64,000 bases of DNA from Balanoglossus misakiensis (taxonomy: Eukaryota > Animalia > Hemichordata). The notes below the pieces were generated by a model. The model had not been told where the DNA came from. It did not search any database and worked only from the letters and a program-made list of their open reading frames with translations. Shown here piece after piece: positions 52,474-64,000 of this stretch (its first letter is position 1; the number at the start of each line of letters is the position of its first letter). The stretch spans positions 3,348,001-3,412,000 of the forward strand of contig CM082590.2 in the NCBI GenBank assembly GCA_040954595.2, given 5' to 3'. The position numbers and the translations under genes are program-made.

Positions 52474-55400
52474 GGAGAAAAGAAGAACCACTCCCGTCGC
52501 TCTTAATTTGCATTTTAACTCTTTATTTTGCATGTCAATACTTTATTTGAGTATTTGGCAGGCCTAACAGTGTTGTCCCACTGTAGTTAAAGTTTTGGCC
52601 CAAGACTTGTAAATAGTTTTTGTCTGAATGGGTCTATGGTTCGCTTTTCGTATTGGTTCGTATCCATGGAATAAACCGTCGATTACAGAAGACCGTGTCA
52701 TCCTTGTACTTCTTCGCAACATTTTGGTAGCAGAGCATGGTTTGAGGCAAATATGCACGAAGAACACGGATCCGGTCAGCATTTGGAGGAAGAGGTAAGA
52801 GAGGAGCAGCCCGAAGACATGGAAGCTACCGAAGAGCGAGTTGAAGACCTGAAGCAGAGCAAGTCCAGGGCCAAGGCTGTGTTCACCAGGGTGAGACATC
52901 AACTGCTGCGACTACTGGAGGAAGAAGACCCGCCCACCAGCTGCCAACAGGTTAGAGACTTTAGTCAAAATTTGGACGCTGCTGTGGAAAAAGCGTTGGA
53001 CATAATGGCCAAGTTATCTGATGAGTATCAGCGGTTGAAGGATCGACAGAACCGGAGAAAAGTAAGTCAAGAAATGGACAAATTGGAAACTGAGTTTACC
53101 GAAGCACAGAACCAAGTGCAGGACTATATACGAGCTAGAAAGGTGGACTCGTCAAGTACAGGATCAAGAAGTTCCAGCAAGGTGCATTTCCGACAGCAAA
53201 AGGAAAAGGAAGCCCGTCAGCAAGTAGAAAAGATCCAAGAGGAGGTCAGACAAAAAGAATCGGAACTCGAGTATATGAAACAACAAGTGGACAAAGAGAG
53301 TGCACGTCGCAAAAAAGAATTGGATGAACAAATGCGTTATGATTATGAGCGTCTTCGAGCAGCTGAACAGGACTTAAAGGAAAGATATCGTGAACTAGAA
53401 TATGAAATAGACACTGACATTGGACTAAAATGTAAGCCATCATCGGACATTGAAGCTTGCATCAGCGCGGGCATGGGTGAGGTGACTCTTCATGACAATA
53501 ATCCACCACAGCAGGATCCGAAGGAAAAGTCTTCCCAAAGTAAAGGTATCGTACATTCTTCCAATACCACTTCACATCAGGCATCCAATTCGGTTGCAAT
53601 TGGTCAGGACTTGTGGAAACAACTTCAACGTGTATCAATTCCAATATTTTCGGGTGATAAGAGACTTTACGAAAGTTGGAAAGCAGCATTCTATGCATGC
53701 ATCGACCAAGCCCCTGCAACGCCCGAGTACAAGCTCCTTCAACTTCGTCAATATCTGTCTGGGGAAGCTCTCAAGGTGATAGAAAATCTGGGACATTCTG
53801 CGACTGCCTACCAAGCTGCAAAAGATAGGCTAGAACGGAAATATGGTGGGAGACGTCGTCAAATCGCGTTATTTTTGGAAGATTTGGACAATGTTAAACC
53901 CATACGACCAGGAAATTGTAAAGACATTGAACGCTTTGCGGACTTGTTGGACATTGCTGTAGTTAACCTGAAAGAAGCCGGTCGAACTGACGAGTTGGGA
54001 AACGGATCATTATACACCAAGTTACAGAAGAAGTTGACAGAGACAATGCTTACGCAATATCATCGTTGGATCTTTGAAAAGGACCGGGTTGAATCTGTTG
54101 AAACACTGCGTGAATGGATAATTCAAGAAGCCGAATTCCAGACCATAGCAAGTGAAACTGTACAAGGACTTGCAAATGTAACCAGGAACGCGGAATATAG
54201 AAGAGGCAGGTCGAACACGCGGACATTCTTTGGAAGTGCTCAAGTGACTGAAAATGCCAAAAGCAGTCATGATACCAGTCGAAGGTCGTGTAAAGTGTGT
54301 GGAAAGCAACATGGCGTATGGAGCTGTGACCAATTTAAGAAGATGGCCATTTCACAAAGGTGGGAACTTGCGAAACAACTTAGACTTTGTTATCGTTGCC
54401 TTGGAGATGACCACCAGGGGCGCCATTGTACCAGGACTAGAATATGCGGTTTGGATGGATGTCGGGATACGCACAACAGACTACTGCACAGGATCTGGAA
54501 TCAACGTGGTCCACAAGCACCAAGCCAAGGTAATAAAAACCAATATATATCTTTTCGAAACAAAACGGCTGAACCCAATGCAACTTCGGACAATACAATC
54601 GCTGATTCCAGACGTGTGCCTCTACGCGTCACTGAGGGGGAGCATTGTGGTAATACGGAGCGATTGCAGACAACAATGATCTCCGAGTCGTCGGATGTAC
54701 AACCTATAACATTGAGAACTGTAACTGTAATTCTGAAACATGGCGGTCGTAAAATAAGAGCTAATGCTTTGCTTGATGATGCCAGCACCGGAACTTATAT
54801 AAACACTGATATTGCAGAAGAGTTGGGATTACAGGGACATACCCAACCGATATCTGTCAATGTGCTCAACGGACATGTGAAAACTTTCCAAACAACTCCA
54901 GTAGAAGTTGGACTCGAGAGCATCAATGGAGACGTGGACATGAACATCTGCGCATTTACAACGGACAGAGTAACAGGTAACATGCGTGTGATAGACTGGA
55001 GATCTCGAAATGAAAAATGGTCTCATCTGAAAGGAATAGACTTTCCGAAGCTCGGCGCCAGATATTCTTATTGGTCTGGATTACGCTGATCTGCATTACT
55101 CATTCAGGGACATCAGAGGGAAACCAGGTGAGCCCATTGCACGACTTACACCATTAGGTTGGACTTGTATCGGCAATCCAGACGGTAACCAGGGGCGTCC
55201 TCTACAAACGCACTTTGTAAGAACTTACTTTGTTCAAGACCAAACCAAGTTAGAAGACCTAAATTCTACTCTGAGGAAATTCTGGGAGATCGATAATCTA
55301 CCTAGCCCAGCAGAAAGTTTGAATGTGTCTCTGGACGATCGAACTGCACTAGAACTTGCCAACAGATCACTAAAACTACAAAATGGCCGATACCAGGTGG

Positions 55401-58400
55401 GAATCCCATGGAGAGAAGATGCCCGAGAATTGCCTGATAACTATGATATGGCATTACGACGATTAGAGAACACTGAGAAACGGTTAGTGAAGGATCCGCA
55501 AGTTGCCACAGCATATTCAACTACCTTGAATCAATACATCGAGAAGGGCTACATCCGAAAGGTTCCCCAGAGTGAGAGAAAACCAGAGAACAAGTGGTAC
55601 CTGCCTCATTTTCCAGTAGTGCGGCCTGATAAAGCAACCACGAAGACACGCATTGTGTTTGATGCATCTGCAAGATATCAAGGGATCTCTCTGAATGATG
55701 TCATCTATCAAGGACCAAAGTTACAACCTGACTTATTCGATGTGTTGCTCCGTTTTCGACGACATCCTGTGGCCGTGGTGAGTGATATAGCAGAGATGTA
55801 CCTGAGGATAGAAATTCCGCCTGACGACCGAGTCTTTCATCGATTCCTGTGGAGAGACCTGAATCAACAGGAAGTACCAGATGAGTATGAATTTAGCAGA
55901 GTTGTTTTTGGAGTGAACTCTTCTCCATTCTTGGCGCAGTTCGTGACACAAACTCATGCAAAGTCGCATGCTAAGGATCTTCCAATGGCTGCAGAGACTG
56001 TATTGAAATCTACATACATGGATGACAGCATGGACTCGATAGAAAATGAACAGCAAGCTGTCAGACTATACAACGAGTTGTCCGAACTTTGGGAGATGGC
56101 TGGAATGCATGCACGTAAGTGGTTGTCCAATTCAGCAACTGTGTTAGAGAAAATACCTACCAAAGACAGAGCATGCGAAGTGGATCTGGATCAAGGTGAG
56201 CTACCTTCAATAAAGACTCTTGGTATCTGGTGGATAGCTGAAGAAGATGTATTCACCTTCAGAGCAAATCCTCCCAACCATGACTACGTAATCACAAAGC
56301 GCAACTTCCTGAAGAAGATTGCCACGTTATTCGATCCACTGGGCTTTCTGGCACCATTCATTATCCGAGCAAAAGTACTACTTCAAGACATGTGGGCCGC
56401 GGGGCTGGATTGGGACAGTGATCCTGGCAACAACCTCACCACCAGAGCTCGAAAATGGTTCAATGAATTGACGGATCTGGAGAACATAAAAGTTCCAAGA
56501 TGTTTACAAGCGCCAAATGAGCTAGCGTCAATGACCTTGCATGTATTTGTAGATGCCTCCCAGGATGCCTATGGTGCCGTCGTCTATGCAAGAAATGAAT
56601 ATGAAGACGCCACAGTTTCTCATCATATGATAGCAGCAAAAACTCAAGTGGCACCCCTGACAAGCATCAGTATTCCTCGCCTTGAACTAATGGGAGCCAT
56701 TCTTGGACTACGATTATCCGAATCGATTGCAGAAGCACTTGGTATTAGTCTGACTGAGGTCGTATTTTGGTCAGACAGCATGAATGTCCTGTGGTGGATC
56801 AGAAGTCGGAGCTGGAAGTTCAAGCCCTTTGTTGCAAACAGAGTTGGAGAAATCCAAGGATCTACAAACCCTGACCAATGGAGGTACGTGTCCACAAAAG
56901 AAAACCCAGCTGACTTGGTTACTAGAGGGATAACGGCGATAGATCTAGCTCATGAAGATCTCTGGTGGAAAGGACCAGAATTCCTTGCGAAATCTCCATC
57001 AGATTGGCCACAAAACCCTGTGACAAAAGCAGCCGAGTCGGAAGACGCCGAGATGAAGAAAACTTATCAGCCAACAACCCTTGTTGTGAATCAACCCCAA
57101 AGTAACAACCACTGTGACCAGTCAAAAGCCAAACCTGAGCAACACGCAAAAGATGTGCCAGCGGCTGTGGGTGAACTTGACACTGTACTACTGAGGCCGG
57201 ACCAGTTTTCAAGTTGGACAAAACTGACGAGAACTCAAGCATGGATCTATCGGTTTCTGAATAACTGTAGACGTCCAAAAGAAGAACGAAGAAAAGAAGA
57301 ATTACTTCCAGACGAAATAGAAGAAGCAGAAATAGTGATCATCAGGCGTATGCAGGCCGAATCATTTCCTGAAGAGTATTCGTCACTCGTCCATAACAAG
57401 GAATTGCCAAAAAAGAGCAAGATACTCGGCCTTCGACCACGAATTGATGAAGATGGCTTGATGAGATGTGACGGCCGGTTAAGGTATGCGGACTACTTAC
57501 CATATGATGTTCGTTATCCAGTCATTCTCCCCAGAAGAAACTGGGTTACCAAACTGATAGTGAAGCACTACCACGAACTTGGAGAACATACTGCTGGGAC
57601 AAACCACACTCTATCAGCCTTATCGGCAAGATTTTGGATCATCGCTGGACGTGAAGAAATCCGTCAGTGGGAGCATCAATGTGTGGAATGTCGACGACGC
57701 AAAGCCAAGGCAGCAAGTCAAGTTATGGCGCCACTACCTAGAATTCGACTGAAGATGCCTCTACGTGCATTTGCTGATGTAGCAGTGGATTATGCTGGTC
57801 CATTTATTACAATCCAGGGGCGTGGTAAACAAAGAACCAAACGTTACTTGTGCTTATTTACCTGCTTGGCTACTAGAGCTGTTCATCTAGAAGTCGCCTA
57901 TGGACTCGATACTGATTCATTTCTGAATGCCTTCTATAGGATGGTCAACCGTAGAGGACTTCCAAAGTGTGTGCTCTCTGATAATGGCACTAATTTCGTG
58001 GCTGCTGACAAGGAACTGAGAGAATTGATCCAGCAACTGGATAAAGACCAAGTCAGCAGATCAACAGCAAACCAAGGTATAAAGTGGAGCTTCAATCCTC
58101 CCTTAGCACCTCACTTTGGTGGCGTCCATGAGACCATGATCAAGGCAGCGAAGAGAGCAATCTATGCCATACTGAAGAATGCTGACATAACAGATGAGGA
58201 ACTTTTAACGGCCGTGACAGGGGCGGAAGCACTCATTAATTCAAGACCAATCACCTTATCAATCTGCCAATCCAGATGACATTACACCTCTGACGCCAAA
58301 CCACTTCCTACATGGTCAAGTTGGGGGACAGTTCGCTCCCGACTCCGTCGATACTACCGACTACACTCCCAGGAAAAGATGGCGAAGACTCCAAGAGCTG

Positions 58401-59261
58401 ATGAAACACTTTTGGAAGAGGTGGATGCAGGAATGGTTGCCTTCACTAAATGTGCGTAAGAAGTGGTTCACCACCAAAAGGGACCTCCAAGTTGGTGATA
58501 TTGTCCTTGTTATATCACCGGGAACTCAACGTGGACACTGGCCCCTTGGACTTATAACGGACGTTCACCCCGGTCGCGATGGACATGTACGCGTGGTAAC
58601 CGTGAAGACCGGAGAAACTACATTTCGGCGACCAATCTCGAAAGTGTGCCCTCTGGAATTTTGAGTAAATACAGTTTTACAGACTTTCATGATAAGGACA
58701 CTGAACTCTTTTTGGGGTAAAACAAAAGAAACACTGCTATTTTAAGATAGAAAAAATTAGAGAAATTACGTATTCGTTTGTTTTACTTTGGACCAATGAA
58801 AAATACTTGGTAACTTATGAAAATGTATTAACTGAACATTTGAAAACGTATGACATATTGAAAATGAAATTTGACCGTTCTTGATTTAGATATCAGTAAT
58901 AGTAAAAAAAAAAAAAGTTAAAAAAGAAATAATCAGTCAAAAAACTATAAAATAGTAAAATTCTCGAATGTTTTGAGGAATCAATATTTTCAACATTGAT
59001 TGAGGAGGAGAATGGAGAAAAGAAGAACCACTCCCGTCGCTCTTAATTTGCATTTTAACTCTTTATTTTGCATGTCAATACTTTATTTGAATATTTGGCA
59101 GGCCTAACAGTGTTGTCCCACTGTAGTTAAAGTTTTGGCCCAAGACTTGTAAATAGTTTTTGTCTGAATGGGTCTATGGTTCGCTTTTCGTATTGGTTCG
59201 TATCCATGGAATAAACCGTCGATTACAGAAGACCGTGTCATCCTTGTACTTCTTCGCAACA
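52474..59261 (+). mobile_element. BEL/Pao LTR retrotransposon, full length
   Basis: LTRs 52474-52721 and 59013-59261, one internal mismatch seen. PBS tggtagcagagcatgg (tRNA-iMet-like) from 52725; PPT gaggaggagaa at 59002-59012. Confidence 0.97.
52753..58664 (+). pseudogene. BEL/Pao gag-pol polyprotein broken by two frameshifts (about 55060 and 58254)
   Basis: DUF1759-like gag, CCHC knuckles, protease LLDDAS, RT YMDD, RNase H LHVFVDAS, integrase VDYAGP/SDNGTNF/GGVHE, DUF5641-like C-terminus. Confidence 0.95.
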
Positions 59262-59429
59262 TACTGACAGATCAGCCAATCAGCGGCTGTTTGAAAGCCT
59301 GACAGCGGCCATTTTGTTTTACAAATCGTTCTTTGGTATTTCCGTAGACTTTTTTTCTGGAGCGCAGCCGAAAAAGCAGAGGGGTCTGGGTGACCAAGTC
59401 TAGATTCAGATTCAGATTCGAATACACAC

Positions 59430-62321
59430 CTTGAAATGGTTGGCTGCCTGTTTCAATCCAACATCAGTATCCAAATTTTGTACGCCGGCAATTTGGCTGT
59501 GAAGTGCGGCCATGTTGAACAAAACACAAGCCTTCTCAAAAGAGGATGATGTCATAGCTATACAAAACAATAAAAATACAAGATTGAATCATTCATATGG
59601 ATTACATTATGTTGTCCTAAGGCCAAAAAATAATAATATGTGCTGTTCCGTGGGTAATGAAAATCTCACATGGACGACACAATTTCAAGATGGCCGATTT
59701 TTGTCATTCAGAAAATTTTTAACAAAATATAAGAAAATGTGAACGTTGCATGAGTTAGAAATTTTTGACTAAAGGAAGTCATGAAATACAGTTAAAGGTA
59801 TACGGTCATCTATGCAAATATAGCTACAGTTACCATGGCAAATAGAGATCTAGTCACAGATTTTCAGTGGGTGGCACACACGAAAAAAAGAGCGCCACCA
59901 TATGTTGTTTAGAACACTCAAATACGCCATTTCTGACATTTATGGGCGTATGTAAATTGGAGGTGACCGTATACCTTTAACATATCATTTCTTCGATCTT
60001 ATACTACAGTGAGTCATTGACCTTTTACCCAGAATGCAATAATTATAATTTGACCCCTTAGCACTATTTAACTTATGGTAACCTGGGGTGCGTTCGACGC
60101 ACAAAGCGTTTTGTGAATGCTTGCGCCGGGCGCTTTTGTACTTCGTCGAACGATAAGCTTGCCTCTCACAAGAGGGCGCCGTCAATGACCTTTGGCTTTT
60201 CAGAGACAGCGGCCGTCAGCAATAACGTCCCGGTGCGTATACAAGGACATGATTCCGGAAGTGCATACCACTTTTAAACCGTTTTACACAAGACAGTAGT
60301 AGCACAATCCATGTCAATTGGTTTATTGATTGAGAATAAATACAAGCTTTCGCTTGGTAAAACTATCACTCGACAAATATTCTGCAACTTCTTCGAAAAT
60401 ATGCCCTGCGAGTCGTACTTCGGCTTACATGTCCGCCATTTTGAATTAATGAGATGTTTGCCGCGAGTAACCTCCTTCTTACGCCTTCCATTGTTACAAA
60501 ACGTTCGCGAAAAACAAAGACAAAAGATCGTTCGACATGAAAACGTTTCCGAACGTTCCCGAACGCTTCGTACGTCGAACGCACCCCTGAATTACTTACT
60601 CTGTTTTTTCTGTCCACCGAACCACGATCCTTTGTTGAAAGCATCATACCAGCAGAATGCAACACGAATCTGAAGATAAACATTGATCAAACATTTTATT
60701 TTGGTTCATTTGCAAGATCTCGCAAGACTTGCTTAATTAAGGATGTACGTTCAGTAAAACTGAAAGTATTGTCATTTTTTTTAATTGTGGATTTTTGCAT
60801 TCTCCTTTGTATGTATAATGAAAATCCGTAATAAATATAGGGGTCACCGCGCTTGTTTTTGATATACAGAGACACAAATTTAGTTGATAATAGAAGAAAA
60901 CTGCTGACTCAGCACATCTCACCAATGGTTTGTCGAAATTTATTTCAAAATAGAGCGCAATGACCACCCGATTTTATTTGACCAATGAGTTAATTTTTAC
61001 GTGACTGGCCAATATAGACAGATTTGACTGTACCATGAAACCTGTCTATTAAGGACACCTCTGGGTCTGGCAAATTTGTCCTTAATAGAGAGGTGTCCGT
61101 AATGACCGATTTGACAGTACACTGTATACACTGACAGGGAATGTCAATTTCTCTTACCTGGTCTTCTGCTATGGGTAACTTCGCCTCTATAGCCACAAGC
61201 TGGTCATAATACCTGGAATATAAAACACTGGATGAGACAAACATTGATATTTCAACTGAAAATATAGATTCATATAGAGATGGCAAGTGTTTCATATAGA
61301 CAGGGTGATTCACCACCTGTTGACAGGTTGGCACCCCTTCGCAATACATTCTGATTTATCAATCAAGGAAATAATATAAAACATTGGATAAAGACATGCA
61401 CTGATATTTCAACTGAAAATATAGATTCATATAGAGATGTAAGGAGACAATATTAATTCCATAATCTGTTTTAGCGTTAGGGATATAGAGAGGGAATAGG
61501 CGATTCACCCCCTGTTGGCACCCTGCCTCTAACAATTATTAGTTTTTTGATAGTCCTCCGTCCTAGGACAAGCTTGCAAAATGGAAGTTGTACTGACAGT
61601 GACACAGTGACCGATCCCCAAACAGACAAAAATATCACGCTTTCTCAAAAACACACCCATACTGTATGTATACACTACTGCAGTGTTCATTTATGTCATC
61701 AAGAGGGGGGGGGATATGTCCCCCTTTGCCAGAATATTTGAGGGGGATTCCACTCTGGTAAGGGGGGGCTGTAAAATCTCCAACATGTGAATGACATCAT
61801 TTTAGGGGCACTGGTCCCCCATTGACAAATTGCTTGAGGGTGCCAACATGTCAATAAGGGCTGAATCTCCCACCCCAACCCCGTCTAGATGAAACGCTTT
61901 GTATTACCACCTTCTATATTTTCAATCACCATTTCCATGTAACTGTAACTGACCACATCATGTACACAACCTTCACATACCTGTACGCAGAGATAACTCC
62001 CGTCTAGATGAAACACTTTGTATGACAATCACCTTCTATATTTTAAATCACCATTTCCATGTAACTGTAACTGACCACCAAAATCATATACATGTACACA
62101 ACCTTCACATACCTGTAAACCAGATCCACCGCTGTTTCATGTTTGTCCAAAACTTTCACACAAGCATTCGTTCTCAATTTGTTGAATTCTTTTATAGCAT
62201 GACTGTAGTCTTCACCGCCCGCCTCGGTGCCGTACGTGTTGGCGATGAATGTCTTAAACGGCCGCGTCAGGTCCACCTCGGTGCTGTTTTTCTGCGGAAC
62301 GCTGATGAACGTCGCCGCCAT
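59430..62321 (-). CDS. PDCD6IP: PDCD6IP/ALIX exons 1-4 (62113-62321, 61158-61212, 60600-60669, 59430-59557), Bro1 N-terminal 154 aa; rest of gene not found
   Basis: MAATFISVPQK...YYDQLVAIEAK...W.DAFNKGSWFGG...FEKACVLFNMAAL. Exons of 209/55/70/128 nt, canonical splice sites, open frame. Confidence 0.95.
59796..59976. mobile_element. Small Kolobok-like MITE, TTAA TSD
   Basis: aggtatacggtca / tgaccgtatacct ends flanked by ttaa. Confidence 0.85.
61880..62116. repeat. Tandem duplication of about 118 bp covering the ALIX exon 1 donor region
   Basis: cccgtctagatgaaac...ccttcacatacctgta occurs twice. Confidence 0.9.
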
Positions 62322-62601
62322 CTTGGGTGCAGGAAACAGGGAAGATGACGGCTGATCATTTGACCCATGACGTCACCTTGTGTTGACCCATGACGTCATC
62401 TTTGAGTGACACAACATCACGAGTGCTTTATACACGCCCATCTATTTCTTATATAGGTTATAAAAATTGGATTGGTTTTTCGTTCGAACGGAGTTTCCTT
62501 TACATAACCTACGAGAACATAAGTCGATTACGCACAGAAAGCTACACGGGTGACACTGCTGGGTTTTGCTGACTAAGAGCGGGTTAAACCGGAAGTGACG
62601 T
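62314..62601 (-). promoter_or_regulatory. Housekeeping-type promoter of ALIX
   Basis: YY1-like CAAGATGGCGGC over the ATG; two perfect CRE TGACGTCA (62368, 62391) within a 16-bp direct repeat; ETS-CRE ccggaagtgacgt at 62589-62601. Confidence 0.7.
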
Positions 62602-62657
62602 CGTGACCCTCAACAGATCTCGCTAGATTTAAAACCATGCCAATATGTTGAAGGTAT

Positions 62658-63905
62658 TTAGTCTGGTCCCCTGCCCGAATCCCACCGCATATATACCATG
62701 GGACCTTATGGGATCGGTTGCGTCTGTATGTATGTATGGATGTATGTATGGATGTATGGATTGATGTATGTCTGTATGTCCGTCCACATCAAAAACTTGA
62801 AAACCTCAATATTTGGTGTGCAGATGCAGGCAGGGCTGTAGATGGGAGTTTGTCCAAACGAAGTTGCCAGGCCCAAAAATATGCAAATTAGATGGAAAAA
62901 TGTGAAATTTATCATATCAGAGTTATCTTTATCTTGATTTATCTTGACTGCCATGATTTAAAATCATGGCCAGTCAGGGAAGGAAGCCTTTTGGCTTATA
63001 TAATCCCTCATTGTCCTTTGACAGCTACAAAGGACAATGAGTGATTATATAAGCCAAAAGGCTTCCTTCCCTGACTGGCCATGATTTTAAATCATGGCAA
63101 TCAAGATAAATCAAGATAAAGATAACTCTGAAAGTCAACAACTACTCGTCAGATTGCTTTAAAAATAGGTATGCATGTACCATATGTCAACCTCACATCG
63201 ACCTGTAATGTGTTAAGTTAATATCATCGATGTTTTATTTTTTATGAATTTTTTAGTCTTATACCTTTACTTATACCTCTATGGTTAAGCTATGTCCACG
63301 TCTTATTGTGGAATTCTGGTCTGTGCAATAGTCCTGTACAGTGACTGTCTATTGGTCAGTGAGCACAATGGGGCCAAAATAATAGGCAAAATTTTGGGCT
63401 CACCTGTAACACCTGCTTAACACATTAATTATGTGCATACCTAATTCCGGGCTAACTAATAGGGCTAGAGGTTTCGTTCTTGTGGGACATGGACCAGTAT
63501 AGGGTCAAAATTTCTTGCCCAAATTTTGGGTGACCTCAGGTGACCTTTGACCTACTTTCCTATATCTCGGCATCCAGAGCAGGTACAGACTTGGCGTTTG
63601 GAGGGTTGGGACTAAAATTGAAAAGCCAAAATATTGGTCACCTGTGACACCTGCATATCTCATTTATTATGTGCATACCTAATTCCAGGCTAACCAATAG
63701 GGCTATAGGTTTGGTTTTTGTTGAACATGGACCAGTATAGGGTCAAAATTTCTTGCCCAAATTTTGCATGACTTCAGGTGACCTTTGACCTACTTTACCA
63801 TTTCTTGGCATCCAGAGCAGGTACAGACTTGGCGTTCGGAGGGTTGGGACTAAAATTGAAAAGCCAAAATTGGGGGGTCACCTGTGACACCTGCATATCT
63901 CATTA
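62658..63905 (+). mobile_element. Helentron-associated (HINE-like) element with (GTAT/GGAT)n microsatellite and 238-bp tandem units
   Basis: Microsatellite at 62724-62780; repeat period 238 (63501 versus 63739). Confidence 0.55.
62917..63131. repeat. Near-perfect 215-bp palindrome
   Basis: Arms of about 104 bp with few mismatches around a 7-nt loop (acagcta). Confidence 0.95.
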
Positions 63906-64000
63906 ATTCTCCCGACCTGAAATAGGTTTTGGCTACCTAGGTGGGTGATAAAAATATCACATGGTCGACACAATTTCAAGATGGCCGATTTTTGCCATGT

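Larger units (their letters stand above)
52183..59402. mobile_element. MITE with imperfect TIRs of about 135 bp, hosting the BEL element and itself inserted in a (TTCAGA)n tract
   Basis: 52183-52320 mirrors 59263-59402; TA at both ends; ttcaga repeats at 52071-52182 and 59403-59420. Confidence 0.8.

Noticed and set aside
55055-55090. Programmed gag-pol frameshift in the BEL element
   Set aside because: BEL/Pao elements usually have a single ORF. The break lies after the protease motif, has no slippery heptamer, and looks like a small deletion before DILIGLD.

Overview
AT-rich, intron-containing metazoan DNA; a marine invertebrate deuterostome such as a hemichordate or echinoderm is my inference from gene and repeat content. 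I found no complete host gene. The minus strand carries a chain of host-gene pieces with canonical splice sites. From right to left these are: promoter and exons 1-4 of PDCD6IP/ALIX plus a V-domain scrap; the last five exons of a LIV-1-type ZIP (SLC39A6/10-like) zinc transporter; and a decayed MED25 copy whose ACID-domain region is occupied by four calcium-binding EGF exons. Nested mobile elements lie between them: (i) a recent BEL/Pao LTR retrotransposon with LTRs about 99% identical, sitting inside a MITE; (ii) a near-intact ISL2EU-like element with a THAP-DDE transposase facing a SWIM-YqaJ exonuclease gene; (iii) a large decayed element. Its roughly 1,750-codon ORF can be largely rebuilt by removing three TSD-flanked insertions, and it joins a DUF6589-like putative DDE transposase, an OTU-like protease insert, a FEN1/XPG-like nuclease and a CXC domain. 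There are also many MITEs (Kolobok-, Harbinger-, Transib-, mariner- and Helentron-like). All family assignments come from motif recognition by eye, not database searches.
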